Below, piece after piece: positions 48,452 through 51,017 of a stretch of 51,017 nucleotides of DNA (the first letter of the stretch is position 1; each line of letters starts with the position of its first letter). Source of the stretch: an uncultured Campylobacter sp. (GTDB lineage: Bacteria; Actinomycetota; Actinomycetes; Mycobacteriales; Mycobacteriaceae); the NCBI GenBank assembly GCA_943913625.1, contig CALTYW010000001.1, positions 1 through 51,017 on the forward strand. Reading direction: 5' to 3'. Below the pieces are notes generated by a model. It was not told the DNA's origin and ran no database searches. It saw only the letters and a program-made list of their open reading frames with translations. A program made the translations under genes and the position numbers.

Positions 48452-49141
48452 ATGGCGCTGAAACGGATTAGACGCGGGGCGCGATTGCACCCGGCACAGG
48501 TGAAGCCCGGTAGCGGGTGGGCAAACGTGACCGCCCCAGGGAGCACGAACCCTTACTTCATCGGGGCGGCTGACCAGCGTCTTACGGTGACCGCCTCGAA
48601 TTGTGACGGGGTGCGTATCTACGACTGGGGTAAATCCCCGAACCTGTACACGGAGTCGACGCCGGGTTCCACGCTGCATAGTGCCGTGGCGCTCGTGTCC
48701 AACATGGGCTTCGGCCCCGTGGTGCGTGTACTCAATCCGACTGAAAACACGGAGGTAACTATCATGTCTGAACCGCTCCCCCCCCCCTGCTCAATAGCAG
48801 GTTTGCGCGCCTGGGTAGGTGGTTGCCGTGGCGCTGAGGAAACTGAACTCGGTGCAGGAAGCGTCCGGCACCGGGTGGCGCGCCCACAAGCAGGGCCGCA
48901 TCGTCGTACTGATCTGCCAGGATTTGCCCATCGGGACGAGCGAGTTGCTGCCGGACGGGTTCAGGCCAATGGGCTACGTCGAGGTTGCAGCCAAGGGCAA
49001 CGACCCCGCCACAAACAACTGTGGTCTAGCGGTGCGGTGGAACGGCAGAATGACCGTCTACGGGGCGGGCAAGTCCACCACGGTGAACGCGGTTGTAACG
49101 TTCGTGGTCGGCGGCTGACCCCGCAGGGGGTGGGGGCGTAA
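48452..49141 (+). CDS. MAL-cassette gene A1 (domain ends at the C10 tract, then reads through B1 out of frame)
   Basis: MALKRI...SEPLPPPC; stop TAA overlaps the ATG at 49141. Confidence 0.7.
   Translation: MALKRIRRGARLHPAQVKPGSGWANVTAPGSTNPYFIGAADQRLTVTASNCDGVRIYDWGKSPNLYTESTPGSTLHSAVALVSNMGFGPVVRVLNPTENTEVTIMSEPLPPPCSIAGLRAWVGGCRGAEETELGAGSVRHRVARPQAGPHRRTDLPGFAHRDERVAAGRVQANGLRRGCSQGQRPRHKQLWSSGAVERQNDRLRGGQVHHGERGCNVRGRRLTPQGVGA
48778..48787 (+). repeat. C10 homopolymer tract 1
   Basis: ctCCCCCCCCCCtgc. Confidence 0.9.
48828..49118 (+). CDS. MAL-cassette gene B1, receptor-binding head-like domain
   Basis: (M)ALRKL...KQGRIVVL...LPDGFRP. Confidence 0.7.
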   Translation: MALRKLNSVQEASGTGWRAHKQGRIVVLICQDLPIGTSELLPDGFRPMGYVEVAAKGNDPATNNCGLAVRWNGRMTVYGAGKSTTVNAVVTFVVGG

Positions 49142-49494
49142 TGGCACTACGTCTTATTGGCCGTAGCCCGGTGCAGCATGTGTTGGAGGGCTACGCGAAC
49201 CCCGGCGATCCATACATCACGTTCCCGCACGCCAAAAACATCAACCCCACCCCGAACCGGTACCAGGTACGCCCCGGTACTGGCATGTGGCTGGTTACGC
49301 TCACTGCGAGCGACCCTGAAGCGTCGATCCGTCTGGCGATCCAAAACGGTGTCGAGATTTGGGGTAAGGGCAGCGTTTCGGGGTGCGACTACATCACAAA
49401 CCCGACGTATTGGGTGCTGTGTAGTCCGGGTGCGGTTAAGCAAGCAACCCGGTATGTATTGACCCTCACGAAAACAGCCCCCCCCCCTGCGTAA
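49141..49494 (+). CDS. MAL-cassette gene A2 (ends at the C10 tract)
   Basis: MALRLI...KTAPPPA*. Confidence 0.7.
   Translation: MALRLIGRSPVQHVLEGYANPGDPYITFPHAKNINPTPNRYQVRPGTGMWLVTLTASDPEASIRLAIQNGVEIWGKGSVSGCDYITNPTYWVLCSPGAVKQATRYVLTLTKTAPPPA
49478..49487 (+). repeat. C10 homopolymer tract 2
   Basis: gCCCCCCCCCCtgc. Confidence 0.9.
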
Positions 49495-49521
49495 TTGCAA
49501 GATTCTGGGGTGGTGGTCGCG

Positions 49522-49830
49522 GTGGCGCTAAGGAAGATCGGCGGCAGGGACAGTGTGCTGTGCCGTACCGGCGACACACCCTCATACCGCAATTGGGCCA
49601 CCTGGGACTTACCCACAGATCACCCCACGGTGACGGTGCCCAAACCGGAGATGGTCAAAGCGCAACGTGGGAAGTGGCGCTGCGAAGTTTTGGCAGGCCG
49701 CGCTTTGACCTACGTAGATGGGAAGAATGTGGGAGAAAACGGTCCCGGCGTGTACGTGTACGAGGGGGAGCTGGCGGTCTACAACCAGCGCAGCGAACCC
49801 GTCACCATGATTCTCACCCGGTTGGCCTGA
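49522..49830 (+). CDS. MAL-cassette gene B2
   Basis: (M)ALRKIGG...VTMILTRLA. Confidence 0.7.
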   Translation: MALRKIGGRDSVLCRTGDTPSYRNWATWDLPTDHPTVTVPKPEMVKAQRGKWRCEVLAGRALTYVDGKNVGENGPGVYVYEGELAVYNQRSEPVTMILTRLA

Positions 49831-49851
49831 CCCTCGTAGGGGGTGAGGGCC

Positions 49852-50124
49852 GTGGCGCTTAGAAAGATCAGCACGACCACGACCGCGAACGGCGCAGGCT
49901 ACTACGCGGTGAAACAAGGCCGGGTGGTCATTGTCGAAATCGTCAATTGGGATGGCACATCCATCTCTCTGCCGTGGCCACCCGCATACCGAGCACGCGG
50001 AACGCTATTCCAGACGGGCAGCACAGCGCCCGCCAGGTGCAACGCGAACACGACTGGGCAACTCGACGCTTACGACATGACCGGCAACGGTGCGCTGTGG
50101 GGCCAGGTCACCTACATCACCTAA
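49852..50124 (+). CDS. MAL-cassette gene C, related to B1
   Basis: (M)ALRKIS...KQGRVVIV...QVTYIT. Confidence 0.7.
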   Translation: MALRKISTTTTANGAGYYAVKQGRVVIVEIVNWDGTSISLPWPPAYRARGTLFQTGSTAPARCNANTTGQLDAYDMTGNGALWGQVTYIT

Positions 50125-50182
50125 ACATCCCCTGACCGCGACAGGTTGGGGGACAACCGGCGGGCCGGGTGAGACTGCGCGC

Positions 50183-50836
50183 ATGAACGTTGAGCAGATC
50201 ACCCAAGCCCTCCGCGAAGTGTCGGACGCGGACTTCGAGCACATCTTCGACCAAATGATCCTGATCCGCCAGGAGCGCCAGGCCCGCCCACAGGTCGAAG
50301 CGGCCAAGGTGGACATGGCCACCCAGCTCTGGGAGGAACACCCAAACCTAAAACCGGAATACCAGGACACCGACCCTGAACCTGCCGAGACCATCGACTC
50401 CCTGGTGGCGAAAATTCCCCCATGGAAGAAACCCTCCGGCCCGGCAACCGCGTACCCGCCAGCATCCTTGGTGCAGCACCAGGGCAAGCTGTGGCGCAAC
50501 CGCACGCGGGGCATGAACGAATCTGAGCCTGGCACGAAGTGGTCGCGGTGGGAGGACGTCACCCGCGATTTCCTCCGTCCCGAGCCGGTGCACGATGGCA
50601 ACGCCCCGGAGCAGGAATCGCCGACGTCAGAGAAACCCGCACCGACGCCGGAGTCGGAGGAACCGCAGAACGTCACCCCGGCCCCAACCGTGGCGGCCTG
50701 GACGCCTGGTGAGACCCTCATTAAGGGCACCACCCGCACCTATAAGGGCAAGCTGTATGTCTGTCAGCGATTCCACACGACCAAGGCAGGGTTGGAGCCT
50801 GATGCTGGTACCGGGTACTGGCAGCTGCTCGTGTAA
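50183..50836 (+). CDS. Tail-associated protein with carbohydrate-binding-like modules
   Basis: AYPPASLVQHQGKLW..EPG; WTPG..TYKGKLYVC..H..EP..W. Confidence 0.65.
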   Translation: MNVEQITQALREVSDADFEHIFDQMILIRQERQARPQVEAAKVDMATQLWEEHPNLKPEYQDTDPEPAETIDSLVAKIPPWKKPSGPATAYPPASLVQHQGKLWRNRTRGMNESEPGTKWSRWEDVTRDFLRPEPVHDGNAPEQESPTSEKPAPTPESEEPQNVTPAPTVAAWTPGETLIKGTTRTYKGKLYVCQRFHTTKAGLEPDAGTGYWQLLV

Positions 50837-50853
50837 TTCCCTCGATGTGATTC

Positions 50854-50888
50854 CACCCCCGTTCGACATGGTTGTCGGCGGGGGTTTA
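50854..50888 (+). terminator. Putative terminator hairpin
   Basis: ACCCCCG..CGACA-tggt-TGTCG.CGGGGGT followed by TT. Confidence 0.55.
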
Positions 50889-50907
50889 GCCTGTGCGCGT
50901 CTGGCAC

Positions 50908-50929
50908 GTCCTGACCTTTGTCCTGACCT
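50908..50929 (+). promoter_or_regulatory. Integrase arm-type sites
   Basis: GTCCTGACCTTTGTCCTGACCT. Confidence 0.75.
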
Positions 50930-50963
50930 GTTCCGCACTGCCCGGCGTTTCCGCTGGTTATTG

Positions 50964-51017
50964 TGGAGCCGGCGACGAGAATCGAACTCGCACTCTCAGC
51001 TTGGGAAGCTGATGTTC
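50964..51017 (-). tRNA. tRNA-Gly(CCC) 3' portion and right att core (5' end beyond the window)
   Basis: Reverse complement ...TCAGC-TTCCCAA-GCTGA..GCGAGTTCGATTCTCGTCGCCGGCTCCA. Confidence 0.93.

Larger units (their letters stand above)
405..51011. mobile_element. Temperate siphovirus prophage integrated in tRNA-Gly(CCC)
   Basis: 48-bp terminal direct repeat equal to the tRNA 3' half; integrase beside the left repeat; full lysogeny, replication, head, tail and lysis modules. Confidence 0.97.

Noticed and set aside
49560..49862. 100-aa ORF as an independent gene
   Set aside because: It is the distal part of the TGC read-through frame of unit 2, which is open from 49488
48452..50124. Invertase shufflon or diversity-generating retroelement as the explanation for the cassettes
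   Set aside because: All cassettes are co-oriented, with no invertase, reverse transcriptase or template/variable repeat pair visible

Overview
The window is an apparently complete ~50.6 kb temperate siphovirus prophage of a high-GC actinobacterium (Corynebacterium-like by inference). It is integrated in the 3' end of a minus-strand tRNA-Gly(CCC) and bounded by a 48-bp direct repeat (405-452 and 50964-51011). Gene order: tyrosine integrase, repressor, excisionase, YqaJ/RecT, replication genes with iterons, SSB, many small ORFs, RusA, dUTPase, WhiB, a tRNA/ncRNA cluster, terminase-portal-capsid, a reversed accessory cassette (lipoprotein, HTH, antirepressor with a premature stop), tail genes, lysis genes, a second accessory island and tail fibre/receptor-binding genes. 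Two loci stand out. (1) At 48452-50124, five small 'MAL(R/K)' genes are wired by two C10 homopolymer tracts. In both units the three reading frames after the tract end at an immediate stop, at the start of the next gene, or after reading through that gene out of frame at the start of the gene after it. This suggests a three-state, cascaded phase-variation switch acting through translational coupling. (2) At 42204-43251, a promoter-driven mini-array of type I-E CRISPR-like repeats with short, mutually similar spacers converges on a two-gene operon with an HTH protein and palindromic operators, suggesting a combined RNA and protein anti-CRISPR island. All protein calls come from motif recognition and synteny, not database searches.
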